The notes under the pieces were generated by a model that saw nothing but the letters and a program-made list of their open reading frames with translations, made no database searches and was not told the DNA's origin. This document shows positions 51,300 through 64,000 of a DNA stretch of 64,000 bases, one piece after another. Each line of letters starts with the position of its first letter. Within the stretch, counting starts at the first letter, position 1. The stretch covers positions 3,100,001 through 3,164,000 of the forward strand of contig JAYWIR010000007.1 of NCBI GenBank assembly GCA_036172245.1, given 5' to 3'. The translations under genes were made by a program, and so were the position numbers. This DNA comes from Raillietiella orientalis (lineage: Eukaryota).

Positions 51300-54200
51300 T
51301 TTTTTTTCTTGATGGATGGTTTCTTCCTTGATGCGTTGCTGCAGCCTGCGCAGTTACTCCAGATGCATCATGGAGCTTCTCATCGAGCGTCGGGTCACCT
51401 CGACAGACGCACCCGGTGAGTGTCCATCCTTCTTGAGGCCGCGTTGTTCCCCTCCCTTCCGCGAAGCTGTATGCTTGCGGCGTCCATCCAGGAGCGTGCG
51501 GATGGTGTCCAAGAAAACAAGAACCCTTAAACCATGATCTCTCTCCTTCTCACTCTGAGAAAGCCAAACGTCAAGTCGCGTGCTTGGCGTCGGCTCACGG
51601 GAATCCTAGAATCTCCAGAGAGACAGGGTCGTGCGGAAATCAAAGATTTTTCGCTCCATAGCATGAGCACCGGCTTCGCAAGAAGACGATGCTATCCAGC
51701 ACCCAACAAAACGGGTGAGTTCGTGTTGATTCACCTCCTGGACTAGCAAGCACGAGGCTCATGTGTGAGAAGCACCAGAATCCATACACTTTTTCGACTC
51801 ATCGCCAAAGAAATTCAATCAAACAGATTATGTGCAGTGGCCACGGGACTCCCGTCGCCCGACGAAAGGATGCGAGGGAAGCGGAGAACTTCAGACCCTC
51901 GCTTTTCTGCAGGACTCCTCCACTACTGAGCATCTGCCTCGAATGCTCCTCTTCCGCCAGCACCGAGGGAAATGGTGCAAGCTGCCGAAAAATCCCCTCG
52001 CATCCTTCTATGCAATCTCGGGTCTTTGGAATGAATTCCAGGAGAGCTTCAGAGTGTTCCCCTATGAAACATTAAAGATGATGCCTCAGCGGTGCCTCTC
52101 ATCCCCCCCAACAAACAGCCAGAGTTCCGTTTACAGACGAGCGTGGCGGATCCCCACTTCCCAGAGGTTTTCCCTCCTCCTCTTTGGTAACGCTTCGCAA
52201 ACCTTCCCGGTCTCCCCCATCTTATTGCGTGTTCCTTCACCCTCCTTAGGAGGTCGTGCGATCTCCTCAGGGAATTTCGCACTTCGCCAGCTTAACCCAG
52301 GAGTGTGCAGTTTTTTCAGCCCTCTAGATGGAGATGGACGCGAGCTGCAATTGGCTTTTCCCACGTCTTTCCCACGAGTGAGCAGCAGATGGAGTCTGCG
52401 GAAACTGCTGCTCTCCCGCTCTTCTTTTTCTCCATACAGAGTGGATGAGCGAGTGCCACTGCTGCGTTTCCGGTCGTTCCAGTTATCTGTAGCGGGGACG
52501 TGGACATCGCACAGCGTTCTGCTGCTCTTCGCCTGCAAAACCCACGTTTCACGGAAAAGACAAAAAAGGAAGAGAAAAAAAAAAGCAAAAGCGGAAAAAA
52601 AAGAAATCACGGCGGGGGTCTCTAACGAGATCAATAGGGCTCCTGGGGTCCATCAAGATGAAACGGCAGTCTACCGGTGAAACTTAGCCTGCCTAGGCTG
52701 AGGCAGAATTTTCACCGAGCCCTAATGATTTCTCCGTCACCATGGTCGGGTGTCCCCCTCCCCCACCAGCTATTGCGTGCCTAGGGAACGCGATGGGCAG
52801 TGGGTATGCGAGTTGCATAGGAATGCCTGAAGAGAAGCATCATGACCGTGGTTGTCTCCCAGGAACGCCAAGCAGTAACTCCTCCACACTCCCTGGTCCT
52901 CGTTTCGTGGGTTTGAAAACCCTCACCCGCTTTCCTGGAGGCAGAAAAAGGAGCGCGAGCCCATTCTAAGATTTTAGATGGACGGTCTGTTTTGAGCGCT
53001 GCATCTGTTCCCCAGAGAAGCTTTGCAAAGACGCCACCTCCGCTTTTCCTCCAGCTTCCACTTGCAGGTGGGGCGATGCCGGCAGCTACAGTGAAGCCGC
53101 AGTGCACGGCGCCGGCCACGAAGAGGGAGGAACCTGAGCGTGTCCTCTGGTGAAAGTGCGTCAGTGTGGGTTCCCACTCTGGCACCCATTCCATGATCCA
53201 AGACAAGGGATCAGCGTCTTTCCGGCTTTTCTTTGCGCTTGTGTCGCACGTCCTGCCACGAGAGAACTCCATGCGGCCAAAGGTTGAGAGCCTCCTCGGA
53301 CCACCGAGATATCGGAGACGCGGGTAGCGAAAGAAGCCGAAAATTCGATCTTCACGATCGGATCGGTGGCTCGCGGGAATGGAATAATCTTGCTGGAAGG
53401 ATAAACGGAGGATTCACGTGTTTGCATGTGACGCGTGCAGCGTCGCTCACGAACGTTCCTGGGCGCAATGGAACCCGAAGAATGTGCTTTAAAAAAAGGA
53501 AAACTCTCATCGCGCTTCGAGGTGAGGCTGCAGTTTCCGTACCACGGGAAAATATCCGCCGAGGAGAGCAGCTTCTGCTTGGAGCCCCTACAGAGTGCTT
53601 CCAGTTTTGTAGGGTTCCTCCGGTTTTCTCAGAGAAACCCTACGAAACTGGAAGCACTATGAAGGGGAGAATTGACGCTCGATGTCTGAGAGAACAAGCC
53701 ACTTGAAGGATGAGCTGCAAGCCTGCCCACGTGAACTGGCAGACCTAGGGGGAGAGCCCCCACTCTCCTGTAGTTGCATTCCTTCTGGTTTTGCTGAAAG
53801 ACAGTTGATTTGGTAGCTGGTTGACTAGAGGTTGGTACAGAAATATCGACGCGCGTTGAGGAAAGGGAAGATCATTCGTTTGATGATTATGGAACCAGAA
53901 AAAGAAGTTGATGCCTTTTTCTCTCAAGACGATTTCCCTCCTCGAAACCATTGCCAATCGAATCCTGTTACTTAGTGGTAGTGTGTTTCCTCTTGAGGAT
54001 CCTTAATGTTCTGAAGCATACGAGGCACCACTGACCACTGACCACGACGAAGAAGCACAGCATCAAGTGATTTGGCGTGTTCGGATGGCTTCGTCCAGCC
54101 ATCCTACCGAGGTGTCTTCCTTCGCAGCGAGCTCAGATCCACCATTCTTCCTCCCGTAGCGCTACCTGGATTTTAAAGTGAGTCCTGCGGGCCCTATGCT

Positions 54201-55600
54201 TCATGGGCTCCTTGGAACAAACAGAGTCTCGCGTGTGAGGAGGACCTCACAGTGCAGCCGGACGAACGGATTTGTCTTCCTTCGCTCGCGAGATGGCCTC
54301 CCCCACATCGCCGTGAAGGGAGGGGGGAGGGGAGGAAGAGACGGGGATCTTCTCTCATCACTCAGTCGCGTTTTCACCCGCGAGTCCCACGTGGTGCTTC
54401 CCCGTGCCGCCGTCCACCCTGAACGATGGTCCCATGAGACCGAGCGCGAGCTTGGTTTCGTCACCCCTTCCCTCTCCCCCTCATCTGGTGATGAGGGGAA
54501 GGGGGACTTGGCCTCGAGTCGAATCCCTCACTGGCCCGACAAAGATCCTCGAGCAGCCAACGGGTATACCCTGTGTCTAGGGAATGAGTCATTTCATCCA
54601 TACAAGAGGGCCGCTCTGTGAAGGGTGCGGGAGAGACGCGGGTCCGTTTTCCAGAACATGACCGTTTGCGCCTGAGCGCACGGAACTTCCTAGCGACCTC
54701 TTCGATCACGAGGAGGAAGCGGCCCGACGATTGCCGACGCTACCGCCAGTATTCCTCGCTCCGAAGATTACAGATGCCGTGAACTAGGAACTGCTCCTAC
54801 TCCTCCTTCCGGTTTCCCGGACGGGAGACCTTCCTTTCCGGGAGATCCTCTCCCTACCTCCAGCTCCCTCCCCACTCCCGTACCCCTCGCTTGCCTATCA
54901 AGAGAGGGTATCCGGAGCGTTCCCGACGCGCATGGAATCCCTGTCAGCCGCCGGGGGCGTCCGTTCACAAGACAGGGAGCCAAAGGATCGCGAAGAGCCC
55001 GCTCGGAGGGCTTCACTGACTCTTCCGTAATGGGGCCGAGTCTCGGCGGGAACGACGCGCGGCTGCAAGCTGCCGCCGCCATCTGCTATCAAGGGAGGGA
55101 AGGAATCTTTGCGAGGTCACGTGCAAGGGCTAAGGTCTGGACGGAGGGGGGCGCAACTTTAATAAAAGAGGAAGGAGCAAACGGCGGGAACGAGGAACAC
55201 CCGGACGGAGGGAGCGCGCTGCTGCAGGGACGCAGGGAAAGTGGACAGATGGGAAGGAGAGGGCGGGGTCGGGACGCACGCAGTGCTGGCGCGCTTCTCC
55301 TCCTATCCTCCTTCCGGAGAACCCGCAGTCGACTCAGTAAATCCTCTCCAACAAAGAGGGTGCCTTCTTCTGCCGGGGGTGTACCCTTCGCATCAGCCAA
55401 GGCGGGGGGCGGAAGGGTGAGAGAGGAGAGTTTCGTAAGTCCCCTACTGCATCGACGGACGGGGTTAGCAACTCTGGGAAGACAGTGGCAGGTCCTCCTG
55501 GGAGACGGGACACCTTCTGTCCGTGCTTCAGCTGGTTCCTCGCCCCTCCGGTGACCACTTGTTCGCTCACTTTCCCGTCGCTCCACTTCTCAGCGGTATA
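51300..55600 (-). mobile_element. Decayed near-full-length CR1/L2-like LINE (ORF1 end, APE, RT)
   Basis: Minus-strand motifs in the correct order: LFVGEDLLSRLR (ORF1 FIxEDL, about 55340), RKSGGGVF and FLGDN (APE, 52850-53050), TPG...EEIARP...ETGKV (RT N-terminus, about 52250), HRLLAK..YG and RRQ (about 51590-51690). Confidence 0.5.
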
Positions 55601-58600
55601 GTCTCCTCGCTTCCCTGCCTCCCCATATCTTTCGCCTGGCTCTTGTTGCCGGTTCTCTCCATCCGGCATCCAGCATCTTCCGTCCGTCCGCCCCGGGCAT
55701 TGATGCGAAAGCCAGGGAGCTCAATCGCAGACCAGGCAGCAGCGGCGTTTCGCCCTTAGTCCACCAGAGCACCGCACTTGCGTGGAAAATCCCTAAACTT
55801 CTCGCTAGAGAAAAGGGAACGCAGGAGCAGAGCAAAGGGACGATGCCTCCAGGCGAGTGGATCTGCGAACAGCGCAGAAGGAAAACGCGAGTATCCCAAG
55901 AGACTCCTCCGGAGAGGGGAAACCGCTAAAAAAAAAAAATAAAAAGGAAAAAAGAGCATCCCAGGTTCTTCGGGTGCAGCGTTTACAGGGATGAAACGGA
56001 CTCTTGAATCTCGCGGGGAGGACAGACGGGAGGACGAAGGGAGGAGCGGAAATCAGCTTGCAGGGATGGCGGAGGGAACGCTCGCGGGCTGGGAGCTGCG
56101 AGGGCGTCCCGAAATAGTCCTTGCTGAGAACTCTCGGCTCTCTCGGGACAGAGGAACTCGGAAGCGAGGCTTCTGAGAGCCCCAACGCCTGTCGAGATCC
56201 AGAGAGGAGCTGCCGCTGGTTCTTCGGAGACTAGTGGCCGCTGAAGATTTCGGCGAAGCGCGCGCGCCTCTCCAGCGGAAATCCTGGTACGTGGCAGGAC
56301 ACGATTCGTCTGGACTTCACCCCGAGAGAAGCGGAGCTTCAGGAAGAGCGGAGGAAAAAACGGAAGGGAGGAGGAACAGCGTTCGAGAACTTAAGAGCGG
56401 AGACGCTGTCAGACCTTCCTTCTTGCTGCCTGGTTTTGGGATTCGAAAGGTCTCCGGCTCCTTCAATCGCCAGTGGCACCACACCGAATCACTGGTGGAA
56501 AGACTGGAAGAAATGGGGCAGTCGATTCTTCTTGGGAGAGATGGATTTGCCACCGTTTGCCTCTTAATACTTTTAGGAACGCATTAGGGATGGCTACATT
56601 CTTGCCACCTCTTGACACCCTCTCTGAGTGCTCCCTTCCCTAAAGGCACTCGACGATCTTCCTTCATTAGCCACAAGATGGGGCATGGGAGCCTGGGAAT
56701 TCCTGTGCAAGCAAGGAAGGACTTGCCTTCGGATCGAGAAGTCATCCAAGAAGAATTTGCTCTCCTGCGCTGCGGTTCCCAGTAGCACAAGGCACGTCAT
56801 CAGGTGAGAGAGCATTGAAGCTCTCGATTCGGCTTGGAGGTAGCATCAGTTCTTGCAGAAAGAAACTTTGGAATCTCAAGTTCGTTCCGGGTTGGGTTTC
56901 TGCCTCCTGTTCCGAGGAGTTCTCTTTGGATCACGAAGAAAGCTCTTTCACGATAGAGTTCAATACTCTCAAGGGAAATTCATTGGTGAAGGGGGAGAAG
57001 GATGCGTGCTTGTGGATTCCCATAAGCACTTCACCTTGCATGCTATCGCTTCTTTTGATCCCGCGACTTTTGAATCCTCGATTTTCCAAACCGAGAATCT
57101 GACGAGGAACAGAAAAGGAGCACCAAAAAGAAAAAGAAGAAAAAAAAGATGTTCATGTGAACACGTGATTAAGGGTATCGCTCCGCGTATACGGTTTGCT
57201 TCAGCACTTGTCAATGAGCTTGGAAGTTGATTTCGTTTTTCTCTCTCTTCTGACATCATCATGAATAGATTTCTACAGGCCTATCCTTCCGCAGTCTTCG
57301 CGAAGTTCCACTATTCTTGTCTTCCTGGTCCATTGCGTTCCACTGTCCTCTGCAATGCCTGTTTAGAGTACATAAAATCTGCTTCTTTCTGATCCTATTA
57401 GCTGTTCCGGGGAATAATTAGCCGGTATCCATCTCCCAGGCTATCCTTCAGGCAAGGGAGCTTCAGTAAAAATGGAATCGTTCCTGTAAGCTTCAGAGCA
57501 AAGCACAGCGAGTGGGGGGCACGAGGATACCTTTTATGACCTTGTGAATCTTCGTAGTGCCTCCCCACGCGTGTTCGTTTTGTTTTGAAGACCCAATTGC
57601 GTGCTCACGGAAGACCTCACGAAAATCATTCATGAACTGGATCGGCCACACAGAAGTGGACATCGGGACTCAGAAAGCGGTGGAGCAATCGAACGGAACA
57701 GTTACACTTCCTTCCTTTGCAACAACGGCTGAGGACTAACCTGTTGTCCTGTCCCATGCTGGGTCTAACGGTAGCGCTCACACGGAAAAAGTTCGGATGG
57801 CATCGAAACGACCGACAGCAGGTCCACTTGGGGGAACCATCGGAAGACTCCCAGCCTTGGAAACCTCACAACCTCGGAACTCGGACAGGAGGGGGTCATT
57901 CTACGTCGGAAGCCAGGCTAAGGGTTCACATCGCGGAGGTGAACCCGACCTAAGAGGGGTCTTTTCAGCAGGGGTCATTTCCTCTCTCGAACGCCCGTCG
58001 CGGATCACCCCTTCTTAACAAAGAGAGAAGTGAACGGATCGAGAAGGCGATGGAAGCTGTGGAAAATTCATCACACTGACCAGTGGAAACGAATGTGTAA
58101 ACAGGGAAGAGGAATCGAAAAGACGCTGCTCGATAAAGGATGCTCAAGGGAAATTCCTGGATCAAAAAGGACCAACAAGTGCAACGGAGACAGCGATACC
58201 GATCTGCCGCTTATTAAAGAATATCGGGAGAAAAAATGAAAATGGAATGAGAGTAACTCCATGTTGAGTGAACACGGGGTCCGTTGCGAGGTGATGCCGT
58301 CACGTAATCAGTTCTCTAACAAACTGACTCCTCATTGGGAGAAACGAAGCAGAGAATTTTCGCGATCCAAGGGTCAAAGAGTTTCCCCGTAGCTTTGATG
58401 AAAGCATTTCCTGCCACAGTCGGCATCATGCCAGAAGGGATCACAAGGGACAAATCCAACACTATGTGTGCCCGTTCAGGTAGAGGGGAAGGGGCCACGG
58501 AAAGCAGCAAATGAAGGCGGCAATCAGGCAGCGTCCTGCTTTCTCCAAAACCCATGTGTTCCAAAACAGGCCTGGGATAAAGAGTGTATACCAGAAATAT

Positions 58601-61600
58601 ACACGTGGCGCGCACCACACGGCTTGCGTGATTCGGCGAGGCTTTAAGAGCTAATCGACAGAATATTCACGAGCAGCTTCGTGGCTTCTGGAAACTGGCA
58701 TGGATCGCTTCGACCTTGTTAGCCTCTTTGAAAGAGCGCACTGAAGAACAGTCAGACCTATTTATAGAAACTGAGGATTCCCTATGCAGTCATTGACCAG
58801 GCGCTGCTGATTTGAGATTTCTGGTCTCCTTTAACACCCACGAATTCCGCAATCACGGTCTTTCCTCTGAAGCTGGCGTTCAATACGTGAAGTTCGCAGT
58901 GGGATACCACTGTGGGCGAGATCATAGCCGCATCACTCATTGCAAATTTCCTGACAGTGTTGAAATCTGTATGAGGGATTGGTGAACTCGTGAGAAACTC
59001 TGCATTGTTCTCTTTGTTTATTGCATGAAACAATAAACAAAGGAAACGAAAAGCGACTTGGGAGTGAGATTTTGAAGATGTCTCCTCCACATGGATGTGG
59101 ATGTTTGCTGCTCCTCTCCATTTTCTCTTCCAGTCGGTCGGAACAGAACATCAGTATGCGTCTCCAAGCGTCTAAAAGCCTAAATGTTGGAGGTAAAGCG
59201 GAAAGCTGACGTGATTTGAAGGAGTTGAGTCTCCTCGTAGAACTTCCATTCAATCAAAGGGACTCCCCTCCACTCTATCGCAAAGAGCTCTTGCCGAAAA
59301 TGCAAGTTCCCGAGCCGGGCGCGTTCCGGAATGGCCTTCCCTCCACCACTAACCGGCGGCGTGGGCCTCTTTCGGCGAGACCCCGTCGCATCTCTGCCGT
59401 CCTTTCGAGTCATTAGGAGCCGGACCTTTCTTTCTTCCTGTGCTGAGATGTGCGATGCCAGACTGCTCTCCGAAGAATGCTCCCCACTTTTCACTCCATA
59501 ATCCCTTTCAATTGTCGAGTGGATGCGTTCGTAATTTCTGCAATAAATTGCTCGTCCAGACACTGCCAGGGAAAGCATTCTTCGCTACTTCCGGGAAAAC
59601 ACGGAGTGTTTTTGCCGCTTCAAGACGTGAAGAATTTTTACAATCCGCAGAAATCTGAGCTCTTTAAAAATGGCAGTCCCGGAATTGTGGACCACATGCG
59701 CGTCAGAAGATTGATCGTCCGCATGTATACGATGGTGGCAGTTCCTCCAGGAAACAAGGTGGAGTATTTGCGTTATCCTTCAGAATCTCCCGCTCGCCTT
59801 CTCCCTTCGAAAACGAAGCTTTCATCTCCGTAAGGAACAGCCTTGGTTTGCAGCAATGATCTCCGAGCACAGCTGTCTGAGACCTGTAATGCCCCCAAAA
59901 TCTGTCCCTCCATCTCTCGCGCCTTCTTCGTTACAAAGAAGGTGCCAGGATTTTGCGTATATGGTGACTCCCCATTGCTTCCCGCGAAGATGGACGACGA
60001 GGAAGGAGTACGCCTGGAAGGCGGTTGGGAGAGAGAGAGGCTCATGCGACGCTTTCTTAGATCCGAACGGGACTTCCAAGTCTGAGAAACCCACGGAAGA
60101 TTCATTGAAAGGATTTGCAAACGTACTGACGGCCTCATGGAAGCGATTCTTGCTCGGCTGCCACCATTTTTCCTCGACCTCCCAGACAAGCATAGACAAT
60201 AAGATGCCAGGACATCCAAAAGACGTTGCAAAAATCCCTCCACAACACCGTCACTGAAAGCAGCGAAACGCACAACGCCTTCTTCAGGATGCTGAGTTCG
60301 AACCGCGGCCGCGAACTCACGTCGGTGCTTTTCCACCCTCCAGCAGCCATCGCTTACCAGTTTTTCGTAAATAGCGAGGGAGCTGGGAAGGTCGAGAGAA
60401 CTCCCACGCTAAGAAAAAATATCCCTCCTTTCATTCCTCTATCTGTTCCCGAATCTGAAATTGCGACTACTTTTCCAGCATGATCTCCCATCCTCTGTGG
60501 CATCGCTCCCTCAACCACTGTTGGAAGCTTCTCGTGGTCTTGAACCATTTCTTAAAGTTCTTCCTCCCGGAGAATTTCGCGACCGTGAGCAGTTCATCCC
60601 GCTTATGTTCCACGGCAGCATCTGTCACATTCGAGTGTGTCGTGGTCTCGGGACGCACGGAAGCGGATGAATGGATTTGTGTGCTCTCTTCGCCCCAAGA
60701 GCGTGCTGAACTCAAGCCGCCTTCCGATGCTCTCCTTCGTGTGTTTCTTGCTCGCCGGAGTAGCCGGATGTGTTTCGGAAAACTTGCCGGAGCCGTTCTT
60801 ATTCGAAGCCCCAGACTTATGGACATGCAAGAAGTCTCCTGTGATTGTCCGTCAATTTTTCAAACTAGCGAATTGGGATTCGTGCGCTGCTCGGCAGATC
60901 TCTGAGCACCAGTCTTTCTCGCATCCCAAGAAAAGGTTTTTTTAAACTTTGAGCACTCGAAAATGATTCGAACTGAAAAGGGAATCTGTGAGATGCTAAT
61001 ACCGGGCCTCTATTCTCGAAAGATGCCCCATCTTCCTGACTAGAGGCCAGCTTTGGAACCGACAAAGAGTCTTTCTGATAACTGGGACGTAAAAAAGAGG
61101 ACGCAGAGGGAACTCGAAAATGAAAAAAAGAAATCAAAAAACCGATGCAAGCAGTTACGAACCTGCGCCGCTTGCTTTTCATTTATCCCGTTCCGGAGAC
61201 ATCCACATATCTTTCCTTGGTATAAAACATATGCTGGCCATGACAGCCAACAGTTCACTCCCTACAGAGGTGTCCCAAAAGATAAATAACCTGTAGGAAA
61301 CCAGAGATTTCGTTTGATTTCTTGTATCCCGGTAAAATAATCACTTTTGGAAGATTCATGCATTACAAAGATTATAACATCCGATGGATTCTTGCGGCCA
61401 GAGGAACTCCCATTCCCTTTCCGTAGCTTGTGCACCACTTCGGAACGCGCGGAGAACCTGGGATCGGAAGCAGCTGTCGCTCCTACCGAGATGTACAACC
61501 ACAGGAACACCAACAGCATCTTTCGGCTTAGCAGCAGCCGTTGGTGGGGACACTACAAAGATACATGGCGAAAAGAGAAGATTCGAGATGAGTTCAAGAT

Positions 61601-63299
61601 GGACAATCTACAAAGAGATGATCAGCTCTGAAGAAGCATCGAAAGTGGTGACAGTGGGAACCTTCGCGAGCTACCAGAAACATCCGCTAGCTGCTGCTCA
61701 CTCTGAGCGTGAGGCTAATTTTGCAGCTGAAGAGTTCAGAAGGAAAGGAAATATCGCAAAGGATCCGACCCGATCAGTAAGCATCCCCCACTCTGAATCT
61801 CACTTTCTGTATCAGAAAATGTGAGGTGCCGAAATAGGTATATCGCTCTGTGCTCAACCGATAAGTAGCAAGTAGCATAGCGAGGAGAGAGGGAGATTCT
61901 GTCTTCCGCGAGGTTTCGCAAAATCTTGCACATAAGAAGTCAGATGTCTGGGTTTTCAAGGAGCCGGTCCGTCGCTTAGCAAGTGCTGCCGCAGCGGGCA
62001 GGGAACGTTCGAAATTCGGTTTCAGCCGCCCAAGAACTTTCCTTGAACTTTCCAAACAAAAGCGAAGAAGGCTGTCCTCTCTTCCTCTGTGGCATGAGTT
62101 AGCAGAGAGCATTCAGCCTGGGCTGGAGAGATGTCGATTGCAAAAGACAGATTCCACATGGAATGTTCCGCTGTCTGTCCACAGGGAGGAGCAGATTTTC
62201 CTGTTTGTGTCCCTTGAGAACCGGAAGGGAAGAAGGAGAGAATTTCAAGCTGGAAACCGGGTCGATTCATTTTCAGGACTTCCGAAACGCAACTTGTCAG
62301 ACCATGAGATCGCCGCTCATGGTGAACAGGCGTAAACAAAAAGTAGGCTGGCGACTTCTCTCTGCTGTTTCCACACGCCGCCCGAAAGCAACACCTACAC
62401 GGGCTTTGAAAGACTCCTTAGCGCCGGACTTAGTTGTTTGTGGAGACAGCTATAGAAATGGAGGATTCATCTTCTGCTTTCGCGGTGCCAAACAAGCGGC
62501 ACGCGCTGCAACTCTCATCTCCTGTGGGTCTTTTGATTTTTTTTCCGTGTGTAGGAACAGATGTCTCAGTTTCGTAGGGAGCGGGGAACACAGGTCTTCC
62601 GGCGAGGAGATGTAGCGTCCAAAATTTCATCATTACAGAGTAACCTCTGCATGTTCAGGACGTCGTCATCGATTATGCTGCATCTTTTGCCAGCTGGGTT
62701 TCCCAAGCAACCAGGAACCATTGGCGGCTACATTTAAGATGTCGGTCTGCGATTTGCGGCTGGAGAGAGCGAACAGGTCCTTTTCACAGATGGTGCGTTG
62801 AAAGAAAGCCGCTATCAGGGGAAGATGATGATGATGACCACATTCGGAGACAACAGACTGAAGTCATTTTTTCGTTCAGGCTGTTGGTTCCTCGCGAAAG
62901 TCACGTGAACATGGCAAGAAAAGGTTGCGTGCATTTCCAGGCAGTCGATGTTATCATCAATGAGCAAATCTTGTAAAAAGCGGCTGTCGAGCCTGCAATT
63001 TCAGTAAAAATTCGTCGATATTTCTTGGAAAAACGCCAAAACAAACATCTCAATGCGATGATGTAAGATTGATGCTATTGTTCGTGAGTATTTTCTTTTT
63101 CCTTTTTCCACAAGTCTTGGAGAAATTCAGTGCCTGGTTTACTGTCGAAACTGCGGCTGCGCCATTTTTTGGGGAACTTCCCGTTTCCAGACTACATGGG
63201 AAAAAATAGGGGGCTTTTGTCGTCTTTGCACCTCGGTAATAAATTCAACGCGCGCTCTAGATGAGTAAATCATTGAGGAATATATTTTACCCACATTTT

Positions 63300-64000
63300 A
63301 AGCGCTTCCTTGAGTATCCTTCGAAACTACGATCTATAAGTTGGCTCTTCTGGATCGTGCCGTGATTCGAGTGCTGAGATTAGTCGTTCAGCATCAGGTG
63401 AGTGTTTGCAATAGCTCGAAGATCACTCGAATATTGTCCCACATGCAGCCTTTGAACCGCCATCTTTCACTGGCAAGGACGGCTGATTTGAAAACCATCA
63501 TGGGAACCACACGCCTTAAGATACTTTGACTCCATTTTATAAAATTGCCTTCACATATTGACAAGCTTTGAGTACGGGTTCAGAAGAGTTTCCGGAGCCC
63601 AACCTGATAAGATTTCTCCAGTGAGATACTAATCTCCGAGCAAAATGCTGAGAATAATTCTCATTCGGTTTATCCCGCTCCATTATGTATCGCATGGACA
63701 ATGCAATACTGCAACATAACACGTTGTGTTTACTGTATCTGTAGAATCTGAATGTAATTTGCAGAAGGTGACAGTGCATCACAGGGGAATGTTCTTTTCT
63801 CCATCACTTTCCACAGGTGGCATTCTTGGTGATCGGAAAGGTGTTCGGGTTCGATGTTTGTTTCACGAAAAGGACACCTTTTTTTGATTTCAAGGCGATA
63901 GAACGGAGTTTTGCCTGAATGTCGAAGCGTTGATCGTTACAACCGGTACTCTTGCCGATGTTGCAACAGCTGCTGGGATGTTCCTTTGCTGGCACTTCAT
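63300..64000 (-). mobile_element. Decayed RTE-like RT fragment running off the window
   Basis: Minus strand GKSTGCNDQRFDIQAKL...GVLFVK...TF...HLWKVM resembles GRSTxDQIF...FVDxxKAF...LWxxM. Confidence 0.4.

Noticed and set aside
51832..52680. Longest ORF in the track (282 aa, +)
   Set aside because: No recognisable domain; it is antisense to a decayed CR1-like RT.

Overview
This is eukaryotic, invertebrate-like genomic DNA, not prokaryotic: no operons, CRISPR arrays or rRNA are visible, and most ORFs in the track are noise or antisense to decayed retroelements. The only host genes I can support are the last two coding exons (TM6-TM7, then NPxxY/helix 8/C-tail) of two paralogous class A GPCRs of the TRH-receptor/arthropod EFLamide-receptor type. 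They face each other tail-to-tail: copy A on + (exons <1-128 and 12928-13138) and copy B on - (exons 48076-47922 and 41727-41508). Both have the same phase-2 intron position and an excess of synonymous differences. The rest is largely a graveyard of decayed non-LTR retrotransposons (RTE-, CR1/L2-, Jockey/I-, L1/Tx1- and RLE-like remnants), one possible BEL/Pao integrase remnant, and four copies of a composite tRNA-derived SINE. One SINE copy is split by a 1.55 kb L1/Tx1-like insertion with a perfect 12-bp target-site duplication. Three diverged L1/Tx1-like 3' ends share a conserved 3'-UTR hairpin. Boundaries and clade labels of the decayed elements are approximate, read by eye from degenerate motifs.
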